This document shows, piece by piece, positions 34,821 to 43,761 of a DNA stretch of 53,163 bases. A program made the position numbers and the translations under genes. How positions within the stretch are numbered: the stretch's first letter is position 1; each line of letters opens with the position of its first letter. Below the pieces are notes generated by a model. That model was not told the origin of the DNA, did no database searches, and was given only the letters and a program-made list of their open reading frames with translations. This stretch comes from an uncultured Actinomycetota bacterium (lineage in GTDB: Bacteria; Actinomycetota; Nitriliruptoria; Euzebyales; JAHELV01), in NCBI GenBank assembly GCA_964450395.1, contig CAYVGE010000003.1, positions 1-53,163 on the forward strand, written 5' to 3'.

Positions 34821-35281
34821 CAGGCACGCTCCCCACGGCGGCGCAGCCACTCGAACGCCCCGGCGGTGGCCAGGACGTACACCGAGTGGTGCAGCGCGTC
34901 GACGCCGACCTCCTCGGCACCCCACTGCGTCGCCGGCGGCGCCACGCCCAGCGCCGGGAGCATGACCTGCTCACCGCCGTAGACCAGCGCGAGGTGCGCC
35001 CCGGTCGCGGCGCGGGGACCGAACCCGACGGCGCGCAGCAGGCCGCGGGCGGCCCCCCACGCCGTGCCGTACCCCCAGTGCACCAGCTGGCTGAACTGCT
35101 GCTCGGCCGCGTCGGAGTCGAACTCGTCGATGCCGAGCACCCGCTCGGCGGCGTCCGCGGGCGTGGTGCTGCCCGGGCGGCCGCGCAGCTTGGCCTCCAG
35201 CGTGCTCGAGGCCGTCATCGCGGCCGTCCCGAGCAGGCCGGCGACCAGACCGCGCCCGATGTTGCGTGCGAAGCGATCCAT
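34820..35281 (-). CDS. Hypothetical membrane protein (153 aa)
   Basis: GGGAAGAG RBS. Motifs seen are 'MDRFARNIGRGLVAGLLGTAAMTASS' and 'LVHWGYGTAWGAARGLL'. Confidence 0.65.
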   Translation of the reverse strand: MDRFARNIGRGLVAGLLGTAAMTASSTLEAKLRGRPGSTTPADAAERVLGIDEFDSDAAEQQFSQLVHWGYGTAWGAARGLLRAVGFGPRAATGAHLALVYGGEQVMLPALGVAPPATQWGAEEVGVDALHHSVYVLATAGAFEWLRRRGERA

Positions 35282-35474
35282 GCGCTCTTCCCTCAGGTTG
35301 GTTCGGCACGGGCATGCCGTGAGGTGCCAGGCTTCCCGATCCCCCGGCCCGCGCAAACCGCCCATCCCCCGGTGACGTTTGTGGCACCGCCCGGCGGAGA
35401 CCATCCGCAGGCGCCGCCACACGGCACGGTGGACGGCGCAGAGCGCGCTCCGACGCCGACGACAGGTGCACGCC

Positions 35475-35735
35475 ATGGGTCCTGGACTGCTGATCGCCGT
35501 ACTGGTGATCGTCGCGGTGATCGCAACGGTGGCGGTCATGCGGGGATCGGGGGCACGACCGGACGACCCCGAGAAGGGCGCCCGCGACGAGCCGGGCAGC
35601 CGCGAGGCCGCCGGGACCGACTCGGAGTGGACCGCTGACCGGCCGGGCGACCCGGGCCTGGAGGGGATGAACCCCGAGACCGGTGACCCGACCGCCGGTC
35701 CCGAAGGCGACGACGAGCCCGGGCGCAGCGGCTGA
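35475..35735 (+). CDS. Small single-pass membrane protein (86 aa)
   Basis: The helix 'MGPGLLIAVLVIVAVIATVAVM' is followed by an acidic/Pro-rich tail. Confidence 0.5.
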   Translation: MGPGLLIAVLVIVAVIATVAVMRGSGARPDDPEKGARDEPGSREAAGTDSEWTADRPGDPGLEGMNPETGDPTAGPEGDDEPGRSG

Positions 35736-35759
35736 CCGACGCGGCGCGGGCGCCAGCCC

Positions 35760-36938
35760 TCAGGCGCCGGCACCGACGAGGACGCCCCGCCGCGCGGCGG
35801 GAAACGGGTCGAGCCCGGCGATGAAGCGGCTCTCCCGCTGCATGTCCCGGCTGAGCTGCACGTGCAGGCGCTGCAGCTCGACCATGTCGTGGTCGAGGGC
35901 GGCGATCGCGTCGGTCGTGCGCAGCAGCGGCCACGACAGCTCGTCGCGGGTCTGCTCGTAGCCGGCCAGGGCTGCGGCCATCGGCGCGGTCCCGCGGAGC
36001 CCCGCGTCGATCGCCCGTGCCAGCAGCTCGGCGTCGCGCAGCGCGTCGCTGATGCCGTGCGCGGTCAGCGGGTCCTTGAAGTAACCGGCGTCGCCGACCA
36101 GCGCCCAGCCGGGACCGTGCGGCCGCCGCAGCCAGCCGTGGAGCCCGGGGAAGCCCCGCAACGGGCCGACGAGCCGGCCACCGTCGAGGCGGTCGGCCAC
36201 CTCCGGCGACGCGGCCCGCACCACGCGGCGCATCGTGGCCTCCCGGTCGTGGCGCAGCTCGCGGTCGAACCGCTCGGGCGTGCCGCCGACGTAGACGCAC
36301 ACCTGGCCGTCGTTGGTCGGGATCAGGCCGAATCCGAGGCCGGGCGCGAAGTGCCACTCGTAGCCGGTGGCGTCGACGCCCTCCCAGTAGCCGTACAGGC
36401 TGGCCGTCGTGTTCCGGGGCGCCCCCGTCACCGGGGCTGCGACCGCGCGGGCCGTGCGCGAGCGCATGCCGTCGGCGCCGACGGTCATGGCCGCCGGGAT
36501 CTCCCCGGCGGTGCGACCGGGACCGGCGGTGACCAGCCCGGTCACCACGCCGTCGGCGTCACGGCGCAGCCCGGTCACGTGCACGCCGAACCGCACCTCG
36601 GCACCGGCCTCGCGGGCGGCGTCGACCAGCGCCCGGTCGAGCACGGTGCGCCGTGGCGCGTACAGCGGCTCGTCGAGGTCGATCACGACGGGTTCGCCGT
36701 CGTAGGAGAACGAGACGCGCGGGGCGGGTGGCGTCCCGGCGGCGACGATCCGCTCGAGCAGCCCCCACCGCTCGAGCTGCTGCACGCCGGCGCGCATCAG
36801 CGCGTGCGTCGACAGGGTGTCCGAGCCGTACGCGGCGCGGTCGACCGCGACGACGCGGTGGCCGGCGCGGGCGAGCAGCAGTGCCGTGGCCGCGCCCGCG
36901 GCACGGGCACCGATGACCGCGACGTCGTAGGGCTGCAT
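35760..36938 (-). CDS. FAD-dependent monooxygenase/oxidoreductase (UbiH / geranylgeranyl-reductase-like)
   Basis: AGGAG RBS. Motifs seen are 'YDVAVIGARAAGAATALLLARAGHRVVAVDR' and 'WALVGDAGYFKDPLTAHGISDA'. Confidence 0.88.
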   Translation of the reverse strand: MQPYDVAVIGARAAGAATALLLARAGHRVVAVDRAAYGSDTLSTHALMRAGVQQLERWGLLERIVAAGTPPAPRVSFSYDGEPVVIDLDEPLYAPRRTVLDRALVDAAREAGAEVRFGVHVTGLRRDADGVVTGLVTAGPGRTAGEIPAAMTVGADGMRSRTARAVAAPVTGAPRNTTASLYGYWEGVDATGYEWHFAPGLGFGLIPTNDGQVCVYVGGTPERFDRELRHDREATMRRVVRAASPEVADRLDGGRLVGPLRGFPGLHGWLRRPHGPGWALVGDAGYFKDPLTAHGISDALRDAELLARAIDAGLRGTAPMAAALAGYEQTRDELSWPLLRTTDAIAALDHDMVELQRLHVQLSRDMQRESRFIAGLDPFPAARRGVLVGAGA

Positions 36939-37100
36939 GTCCGGCTCCTGTCCAATCCTGGGATCAGCTGCTGACGGCAGTGTCGGCCCGCGGCCGACGC
37001 CCCGGCATCCGTGCCGGTGCCCACATCGCGGCGCTCCGGTGCCCACGTCGCCGGCCCACGCCCCGTGTCCGGCCACGGACGATGGCGTACGGTGCTGGTC

Positions 37101-39719
37101 ATGGCGGGAGCGACCACGCGCGCCACCACCTTCCTGCTGACCGACATCGCGGGAAGCACCCGGCTGCTGGCCCGGGTCGGTGCCCGCTACCCGACGATGG
37201 TGCAGGCCCATCGCGAGCTGATCGCCGCGGCGGTCGAGCACCACGGCGGTGATGTCGTGCCGACGGAGGGTGACGCCTGTCTGGCGACCTTCGACGCACC
37301 GGCGGCCGCCGTCGCGGCGGCGGTCGACCGGCTGCGGGCGCTCGTGGCGCACGACTGGGGCGTCGAGGCCCTGCGCGTGCGGGCCGGCGTCCACACCGGC
37401 GAGGCGCTCGTGCACCACGGGGAGCCCTTCGGCCTCGACCTCCACCGTGCCGCGCGCATCGCCGCGGCCGCCCACGGCGGGCAGGTGCTGGTGTCGTCGG
37501 CGACCCGCGCCGAGCTGGCCGGCCGGCTCCCGCCACAGGTCGGGCTCCGCGACGTCGGTGTCCACCGGCTGAAGGACCTCGAGGCGCCCGTGCGCCTGTT
37601 CCAGGTGACCGGACCCGGCCTGGCGGCGTCCTTCCCACCGCCACGGGCGTTGCGTCCCGGCGCCAACAACCTGCCGGCACCGCGGACGCCGCTGGTGGGC
37701 CGCGGGGCGGAGCTCGCCGCCGTGACCGACCTCGTCCGCCGCCACCGGCTGGTCACCGTGACCGGACCCGGGGGGATCGGCAAGACCGCCCTCGCCCGGC
37801 TGGCGGGCACGACGCTGGTGCCAGACTTCCCCGACGGCGTGTGGCTGGTCGAGCTGGTCCGCGCGGCCGACCCCGGCGAGGTGCCCGGCCTGCTGGCCCG
37901 CACGCTGGGGGTCGCCACGAGCGGCAGCGCGTCACCGGTCGCCGTGATCGCCGACGCCCTGCGGGACCGGTCGGTGCTCGTGGTGCTCGACAACTTCGAG
38001 CACGTCATCGACGCCGCGTCCGTCGTCAGCGATCTGCTCGGCGCCGTGGCCGGTCTGCACGTGCTGGCCACCAGCCGCGAGCGCCTGCTGCTGACCGACG
38101 AGCGCGTCCTCACCCTCGGGCCGCTCGACGTCGACCGGCCCGACGACCACGGCGCGGCCGGTGACGCGCACGCGGCGGCGGTGCGCCTGTTCATCGAGCG
38201 GGCCGGTGCCCAGCAGCCGGGCTTCGCGCCGGACGAGGACGACCTGCGGGCCATCACCGACGTCTGCCGACTGCTCGACGGCCTGCCGCTCGCCATCGAG
38301 CTCGCCGCGGCACAGACGCGCGTGCTGCCCGTGCCGGCGATCCGCGAGCGCATGGTCAGTCGCCTCGACGTGCTGACGGGTGGTCCACGGGACCTGCCGG
38401 AGCGGCACCGGACGTTGCGGTCCACCATCGCGTGGAGCGTCAGGCTGCTGCCGGACCACGAGCGCCGGCTGTTCGCCCGCCTCTCGGTGTTCCGCGGCGG
38501 GCGGACGTTGGAGGCGGTGACCGCGGTCTGCGGCGACGGTCCGGTCGGGGACCCGATCGCCGGACTGGCGGCCCTGGCCGACAAGAGCCTGGTCCGCCGC
38601 CGGCTCGGCGACGACGGGGACGTCACGTTCGAGATGCTCGAGCTGGTGCAGGAGTTCGCGGCCGAGGTCCTGACCGCGTCGGGCGAGGCGGACGCGGTCC
38701 GCCGCGCCCACGCGCGCTACTTCCTCGAGGTCGCCGAGCGCGCCGACGAGGGCATGTTCGGCGCCGAGGCCCACCTGTGGGACGCGGCGCTGCGCCGCCA
38801 GCTCGACAACGTCCGCGCGGCGTTGACGTGGGCCTTCGGCGGCGGTGACACCGCGCTGGGGGTGCGGCTGACGGCGGCGCTGCACCTGTACTGGTTCTGG
38901 GGCGGACCGCACGAGGACGGCCGGCGGTGGCTCGCCCGGGCGCTGGACCACGCCGACGACGGTGATGCCTTCACCCCCGGCCGCCTGTACGTGGGCCTGG
39001 GCTTCTTCGCCTACGGTGACGGCGATCCCGTCGAGGCACGACGCTGGATGCAGCTGGCGGTCGACGCCTTCGCGGCGTCGGGCCACGAGTGGCGGCGGGC
39101 GTGGACACAGGGGATCGTCGCGCTGACCTACGCCGGCGACCCCAACCACTACGACCACGCGCTGCTGCTGTCGGCTGAGGCGCTGGACAGGGCCCGCACG
39201 GCCGGCGTCCGCTCGCGCAGCGCGGGTGACATGCTGACCCTGCGCGGCGAGATCGCCCGCGCCGGCGGCGACGACGTCCTGGCGGCCCGGTGCTACCGCG
39301 AGGCGCTGGAGATCATGGAGGAGCTCGACGCCGCGGGGCACGCCGCGCGGCTGCGCGCCAACCTCGCGTGGATCGCCGTGCACGACGGCGACCACGCCCA
39401 CGCGCTGCAGCTCATGCACGAGGCGGTGGAGACCTACTGGAAGCTGGGTGAGCGGGTCGGCGTCGCACAGCTCATCGGGGAGGTGGCGGCGCCCGTGTGG
39501 GGGCTCGGGCGTCACGAGACCGCGGCACGGCTGCTCGGCGCGTCACAGGCCGCGCTCGAGCGTCTGCACGCCGCCCGTGAACCCACCGACCAGCTCGAGG
39601 TGGACCGGCTCCTGACGCAGCTCACCGCGGAGCTCGGTGAGGAGCACGTCGAGCGGCTGCGCACCGAGGGTGCGCGCCTGACGTTCGACGGGGCGGTCGA
39701 CCTCGCCCTCGGCGGCTGA
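37101..39719 (+). CDS. Class III adenylate/guanylate cyclase domain - STAND (NB-ARC-like) ATPase - TPR protein
   Basis: Cyclase motifs are 'TFLLTDIAGST', 'VPTEGDACLATF' and 'RAGVHTGEA'. Walker A is 'VTGPGGIGKT'. Walker B is 'VLVVLDNFEHV'. 'GLPLAIELAA' is present. Helical repeats make up the C-terminus, and no C-terminal HTH was seen. Confidence 0.9.
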   Translation: MAGATTRATTFLLTDIAGSTRLLARVGARYPTMVQAHRELIAAAVEHHGGDVVPTEGDACLATFDAPAAAVAAAVDRLRALVAHDWGVEALRVRAGVHTGEALVHHGEPFGLDLHRAARIAAAAHGGQVLVSSATRAELAGRLPPQVGLRDVGVHRLKDLEAPVRLFQVTGPGLAASFPPPRALRPGANNLPAPRTPLVGRGAELAAVTDLVRRHRLVTVTGPGGIGKTALARLAGTTLVPDFPDGVWLVELVRAADPGEVPGLLARTLGVATSGSASPVAVIADALRDRSVLVVLDNFEHVIDAASVVSDLLGAVAGLHVLATSRERLLLTDERVLTLGPLDVDRPDDHGAAGDAHAAAVRLFIERAGAQQPGFAPDEDDLRAITDVCRLLDGLPLAIELAAAQTRVLPVPAIRERMVSRLDVLTGGPRDLPERHRTLRSTIAWSVRLLPDHERRLFARLSVFRGGRTLEAVTAVCGDGPVGDPIAGLAALADKSLVRRRLGDDGDVTFEMLELVQEFAAEVLTASGEADAVRRAHARYFLEVAERADEGMFGAEAHLWDAALRRQLDNVRAALTWAFGGGDTALGVRLTAALHLYWFWGGPHEDGRRWLARALDHADDGDAFTPGRLYVGLGFFAYGDGDPVEARRWMQLAVDAFAASGHEWRRAWTQGIVALTYAGDPNHYDHALLLSAEALDRARTAGVRSRSAGDMLTLRGEIARAGGDDVLAARCYREALEIMEELDAAGHAARLRANLAWIAVHDGDHAHALQLMHEAVETYWKLGERVGVAQLIGEVAAPVWGLGRHETAARLLGASQAALERLHAAREPTDQLEVDRLLTQLTAELGEEHVERLRTEGARLTFDGAVDLALGG

Positions 39720-39814
39720 GGCCGACCCCCCGGGCCGGCGGCCGAGCTGCCGCCGGACACCGTCGTGCCGGCGCCCCGCAGCCGCACACCACGATCCGGC
39801 GCATGGGCGCGTCC

Positions 39815-40453
39815 TCAGCCGCGCTTGAGCGCTCCGGAGACCAACGCGTCGGCGGCCGTGCCCAGGCGCAGCCCGGCGACGTCGAGCCGGCGCAGCAGCT
39901 CGCGGTCGCGCAGGGTGCGCATGGTGACCTCCCCGCCGCCCAGCAGCTCGCCCATGCCCTCGTGGAACGCGGTCCTGGCGTCGTTCGCCTTCTTGGCGGC
40001 ACGGGCCGGGCCGGCCACCTTGGTGACCTCATCCTGCAGCTGCGCGATGGCCTCGCCGAGCGCCTCCAAGCCCTCCCGGAGGGCATCGAGCGGCGCGACG
40101 AACCGCTCGTCGGGCTCCGCGCCGTAGGTCTCCATCTCGATCGCGAAGTCGCGCAGGTTGTCGAGCACGTCGTCCAGCGAGCCCGAGAGCAGGTAGAGGT
40201 CCGCGCCGTCGATCGGCGTGGTCAGCGCATGGGCGAGCTCGCGCAGCAGCTCGGTGCGCGCGCGGTCGCCCTGCTGCTCGAGGTCGACCACGGCGGCACG
40301 CAGATCGGCGGGTGTGGTCCCGTCGTGCTGCGCCTCGGCCAGCAGGCGTGCCGCCTCGGCGCCGATCGAGGCCTGGCGCCGCAGCAGGTCGACGAACACC
40401 CCGTCGGTGCGACCCGTCAGGTCGTGCCACAGCCGCCGCCAGCGCCCGCTCAC
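39815..40453 (-). CDS. DUF47 (PhoU-like) phosphate-transport accessory protein
   Basis: GTGA overlap with the PiT stop. Motifs seen are 'FVDLLRRQASIGAEAARLL', 'LEQQGDRARTELLRELAHALTTPIDGADLYLL' and 'LDDVLDNLRDFA'. Confidence 0.88.
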   Translation of the reverse strand: MSGRWRRLWHDLTGRTDGVFVDLLRRQASIGAEAARLLAEAQHDGTTPADLRAAVVDLEQQGDRARTELLRELAHALTTPIDGADLYLLSGSLDDVLDNLRDFAIEMETYGAEPDERFVAPLDALREGLEALGEAIAQLQDEVTKVAGPARAAKKANDARTAFHEGMGELLGGGEVTMRTLRDRELLRRLDVAGLRLGTAADALVSGALKRG

Positions 40454-41454
40454 CACAGGCTCCCCGCGAGCACCGCGAGCAGCGCACCGACGACCGCCGC
40501 CGACGGCAGCGTCAGCGCCCACGCCAGCACCAGCTGGGCCGCGACCCGCCAGCGCACCTGCCGCCGACCACGCAGCAACCCGGTGCCGACCAGGCCACCG
40601 GCGACCGCCTGCGTCATGCTCACCGGCACGCCGGCGGCGGCGCTCGACAGCACAGCCGCGGCGCCACCGAGCTGGGCGGTCATCTGCTCGGCGGGCCCAC
40701 CGCGGGAGACAGCACGCCGCAGGGTGCCCGCGGCCGGGCGGATGCCGGGCACGGTCCCGGCGGCGAACAGCAGCGCCAGCGCCGCGAGCACCGGCACCGA
40801 CAGGCCGAGCGTGCTGACCGCCACCACCGCGATCATCTTCTGGCCGTCGTTGGCGGCGTAGGCGACCGCCTGCGTCACCGACGCGACCCAGCCGAGCACC
40901 GCCGGAGCGGTCGTGCCCGCCGCCATCGTCGCCTGCGCGGGGGTGGCCAGCAGCTGCGCGAAGATCCCGCCGGCGACCGGAGCGGCCAGGCCGATCAGCA
41001 CCACCCGGGTCAGCCCACCGCCGACGACCGGCAGCCCGCGCCCCAGACCGGCGCCGACGATGCCGCCCACCATCCCGAGGGTCAGGCTCGTCGGCAGCCC
41101 GGCGCGGGTGAGCACGGCGACCACGAGCACCGCCGCCGTGACGCCCATCCCGATCAGCGCGGGCTGCGCCCGCTGCGGGGCGCGCACGAGGCCCGACGTC
41201 AGCGTGTCGGCGACACCGGTGCCCAGCGCCAGCGGCACCACGACCAGCGCCAGTGCCAGCACCGCGAGCGACGTCAGCGGGCGCTGCCCCGGGACCCGCA
41301 GCGTCGACGCGACCATCGCGCCACCGTCGTTGGCGCCGTTGATCACGGCGAAGGCGGCGGCGAGACCGATCAACATGGCCAGACCCTGCGCCGTCGGCGC
41401 CGAGGACGCAAGTCCGGCGATGCGCCCATAGGATTGGGACGAGGAGGGTTGCAC
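40450..41454 (-). CDS. Inorganic phosphate transporter, PiT family
   Basis: Motifs seen are 'FAVINGANDGGAMVAS' and 'AYAANDGQKMIAV' (duplicated PiT signatures). The start is GTG 41454, or ATG 41376 if the shorter form is used. Confidence 0.87.
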   Translation of the reverse strand: MQPSSSQSYGRIAGLASSAPTAQGLAMLIGLAAAFAVINGANDGGAMVASTLRVPGQRPLTSLAVLALALVVVPLALGTGVADTLTSGLVRAPQRAQPALIGMGVTAAVLVVAVLTRAGLPTSLTLGMVGGIVGAGLGRGLPVVGGGLTRVVLIGLAAPVAGGIFAQLLATPAQATMAAGTTAPAVLGWVASVTQAVAYAANDGQKMIAVVAVSTLGLSVPVLAALALLFAAGTVPGIRPAAGTLRRAVSRGGPAEQMTAQLGGAAAVLSSAAAGVPVSMTQAVAGGLVGTGLLRGRRQVRWRVAAQLVLAWALTLPSAAVVGALLAVLAGSLW

Positions 41455-41566
41455 CGTCAACAGCGCACCGGCACCGGACACCACCCCGCGACCGACCCGT
41501 CGAGGCGACCTGGGCACGCGCCCACGCCGTGACGTCCGGCGGCTGCGGGTCCCGGCGCTCGCCGCC

Positions 41567-42421
41567 GTGGTGGCGCTGGTGGTGTTCGCGCCTCCGGTAC
41601 ACGCTGCCGCCGCGCCGTTCGCCGCCGCGGCAGCGGCACCGCAGCCCGCGCTCGTCGGCTTCGTCACCAACCCGGTCGTCGCGGTGCTGCTGTGCACGTT
41701 GGCGATCTGGCTGGTCATCGCCGACCTGACGACCGGCGGCGTCGGGGTGGCCAGCGCCGCCGCCGTCGCCGTCTTCGCGGTGGTCTTCTGGGCGCACGCC
41801 GCCGCAGGCCTCGCCGGGTGGCCCGAGGTCGCGCTCGTGGCCGGCGGCCTCGCGCTCATCGCGCTGGAGATCCTCGTGGTCCCCGGCGTCGGGATCCCCG
41901 GGATCGCCGGCCTGGCGCTGCTGCTCGGCGGGTTGTTCCAGACGCTGTCCGGTGGCGACCCCGCGGCGCTCGCCCGCGCCGCGGTCAGCGTCGGGATGAT
42001 CTTCGTGGCCGCGATCGCCGGCCTGATCGTGGCCGTGCGCGTGCTCGCCCGGCACGGCACGCCAGGGCCGCTCGCCCTCGACACGCAACTGGGAGGTGGT
42101 GCACCGGTGACCGAGCGCACGCGCCGGGGATGGGTCCGGTGGTTCGGAGGCGACGACCTCGTGCTGGAGCGCGGCGGCCACGAGGCCGGCGCCGAGGACG
42201 AGTGGCTCGACGAGCGGCTCATACTCGAAGGTCAGCGGGGCACGGCCCTGTCCTACCTGCGGCCGGCCGGCATCGCCGAGATCGACGGCCACCGCGTGGA
42301 CGTGGTGACCGAGGGCGAGTACATCGCCGCCGGTGACCGGATCGAAGTACTGCACGACGACGGCTACCGCCGCGTCGTGCGACGGGTGCCCGAGGACGAG
42401 CCCGACAGGCCGCCCACCTGA
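41567..42421 (+). CDS. NfeD-family membrane protein, short form (no protease domain)
   Basis: Hydrophobic helices are followed by the C-terminal OB-fold 'GTALSYLRPAGIAEIDGHRVDVVTEGEYIAAGDRIEV'. GTG start; the frame stays open upstream with a signal-like 'RRLRVPALAAV' but has no canonical start. Confidence 0.83.
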   Translation: MVALVVFAPPVHAAAAPFAAAAAAPQPALVGFVTNPVVAVLLCTLAIWLVIADLTTGGVGVASAAAVAVFAVVFWAHAAAGLAGWPEVALVAGGLALIALEILVVPGVGIPGIAGLALLLGGLFQTLSGGDPAALARAAVSVGMIFVAAIAGLIVAVRVLARHGTPGPLALDTQLGGGAPVTERTRRGWVRWFGGDDLVLERGGHEAGAEDEWLDERLILEGQRGTALSYLRPAGIAEIDGHRVDVVTEGEYIAAGDRIEVLHDDGYRRVVRRVPEDEPDRPPT

Positions 42422-42446
42422 GCACCCCTGAGCAAAGGACACCACC

Positions 42447-43394
42447 GTGGAACTCACGCTGATCATCGTCATCGCGGTCAGCGCACTGCTGATCGCCGCG
42501 TTCCTCTACGTCGTGCCGGTCGGGCTGTGGATCACCGCCCTGTTCGCCGGCGTGCGCATCAGCATCGGCCGCCTGGTCGGCATGCGCCTGCGCAAGGTCG
42601 TGCCGTCCCACATCATCCGGCCCTACATCAGCGCCGCCAAGGCCGGCCTGGACCTCGAGATCCCGCAGATGGAGGCCCACTACCTCGCCGGCGGCCGCGT
42701 CGGCCGGGTGGTGCAGGCGCTCATCTCGGCCGACCGCGCCAACATCGAGCTGACGTGGCGGCGCGCGACCGCCATCGATCTCGCCGGCCGTGACGTGCTC
42801 GAGGCCGTGCAGGTCAGCGTGACGCCCAAGGTCATCGAGACCCCGCGCGTCGCCGCGGTCGCCAAGGACGGCATCCAGGTCGTCGCGGTGGCCCGCGTGA
42901 CGGTGCGCGCCAACATCGACCGGCTGGTCGGCGGTGCCGGCGAGGAGACCATCATCGCGCGGGTCGGTGAGGGCACCGTGTCGTCGATCGGCTCGTCGGA
43001 GACCCACAAGCGGGTGCTCGAGAACCCCGACAACATCTCCAAGTACGTGCTCGAACGCGGCCTGGACGCTGGCACTGCCTTCGAGATCCTGTCGATCGAC
43101 ATCGCCGACGTCGACGTCGGCCGCAACATCGGCGCGGAGCTCCAGACCAACCAGGCCGAGGCCGACAAGAACATCGCCCAGGCCAAGGCCGAGGAGCGCC
43201 GGGCGATGGCTGTCGCCGAGGAGCAGGAGATGCGCGCGCGGCTGGTCGAGGCCGAGGCGTCGGTGCCGCAGGCGATCGCCGAGGCGTTCCGCAAGGGCAA
43301 CCTCGGCGTGATGGACTACTACCAGCTCCAGAACGTCGACGCCGACACCAAGATGCGCTCCTCGCTGGCCAACGGTGAGGGGAGCGAGCGGTGA
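42447..43394 (+). CDS. floA: Flotillin-like protein FloA (UPF0365/YqfA family)
   Basis: Motifs seen are '[31 protein letters not shown]', 'AHYLAGGRV', '[14 protein letters not shown]' and '[14 protein letters not shown]'. Confidence 0.92.
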   Translation: MELTLIIVIAVSALLIAAFLYVVPVGLWITALFAGVRISIGRLVGMRLRKVVPSHIIRPYISAAKAGLDLEIPQMEAHYLAGGRVGRVVQALISADRANIELTWRRATAIDLAGRDVLEAVQVSVTPKVIETPRVAAVAKDGIQVVAVARVTVRANIDRLVGGAGEETIIARVGEGTVSSIGSSETHKRVLENPDNISKYVLERGLDAGTAFEILSIDIADVDVGRNIGAELQTNQAEADKNIAQAKAEERRAMAVAEEQEMRARLVEAEASVPQAIAEAFRKGNLGVMDYYQLQNVDADTKMRSSLANGEGSER

Positions 43395-43651
43395 CCGACC
43401 CGGGCACCCGCCGCCCGGGACACCGGCCGCGGGGCGGGGACCTCGGCACGCCGGTCGACGACGACGCGGTGCGCGACGGAGCGACGGCGCCCGGCCCCGA
43501 TCAGATCGAGGTCGGCCGTCGGCCACGCGCCCCCGCGCCCTCGCTGCGCGCCATGCTCGCGTCGCCCCGCGGCCTGCGGCACGCGATGCTCGCCGCCGAG
43601 GTGCTCGGGCCCCCGGTCGCGGCACGTCGGCGCGGGGCGCGACGGCGGTGA
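43391..43651 (+). CDS. Small Arg/Pro-rich hypothetical protein, translationally coupled to floA
   Basis: GTGA overlap at 43391. GC3 is high. The C-terminal helix reads '[24 protein letters not shown]'. Confidence 0.45.
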   Translation: MTDPGTRRPGHRPRGGDLGTPVDDDAVRDGATAPGPDQIEVGRRPRAPAPSLRAMLASPRGLRHAMLAAEVLGPPVAARRRGARRR

Positions 43652-43761
43652 TCCGCCGACCCTGAGACGGGCACGACGGGCAGGTATCAGCGCCCCGCCC
43701 CCGCCCTCTGCTCCCGTGAGGGCCGCGCGCCCGTGCGCGGCCGAGCACCGAGGGAGCCGCG

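Noticed and set aside
40454-42472. Upstream 670 codons of the 885-aa ORF 39815-42472
   Set aside because: Only the 3' 212 codons encode DUF47. The remainder is an open off-frame running through PiT and antisense to nfeD.
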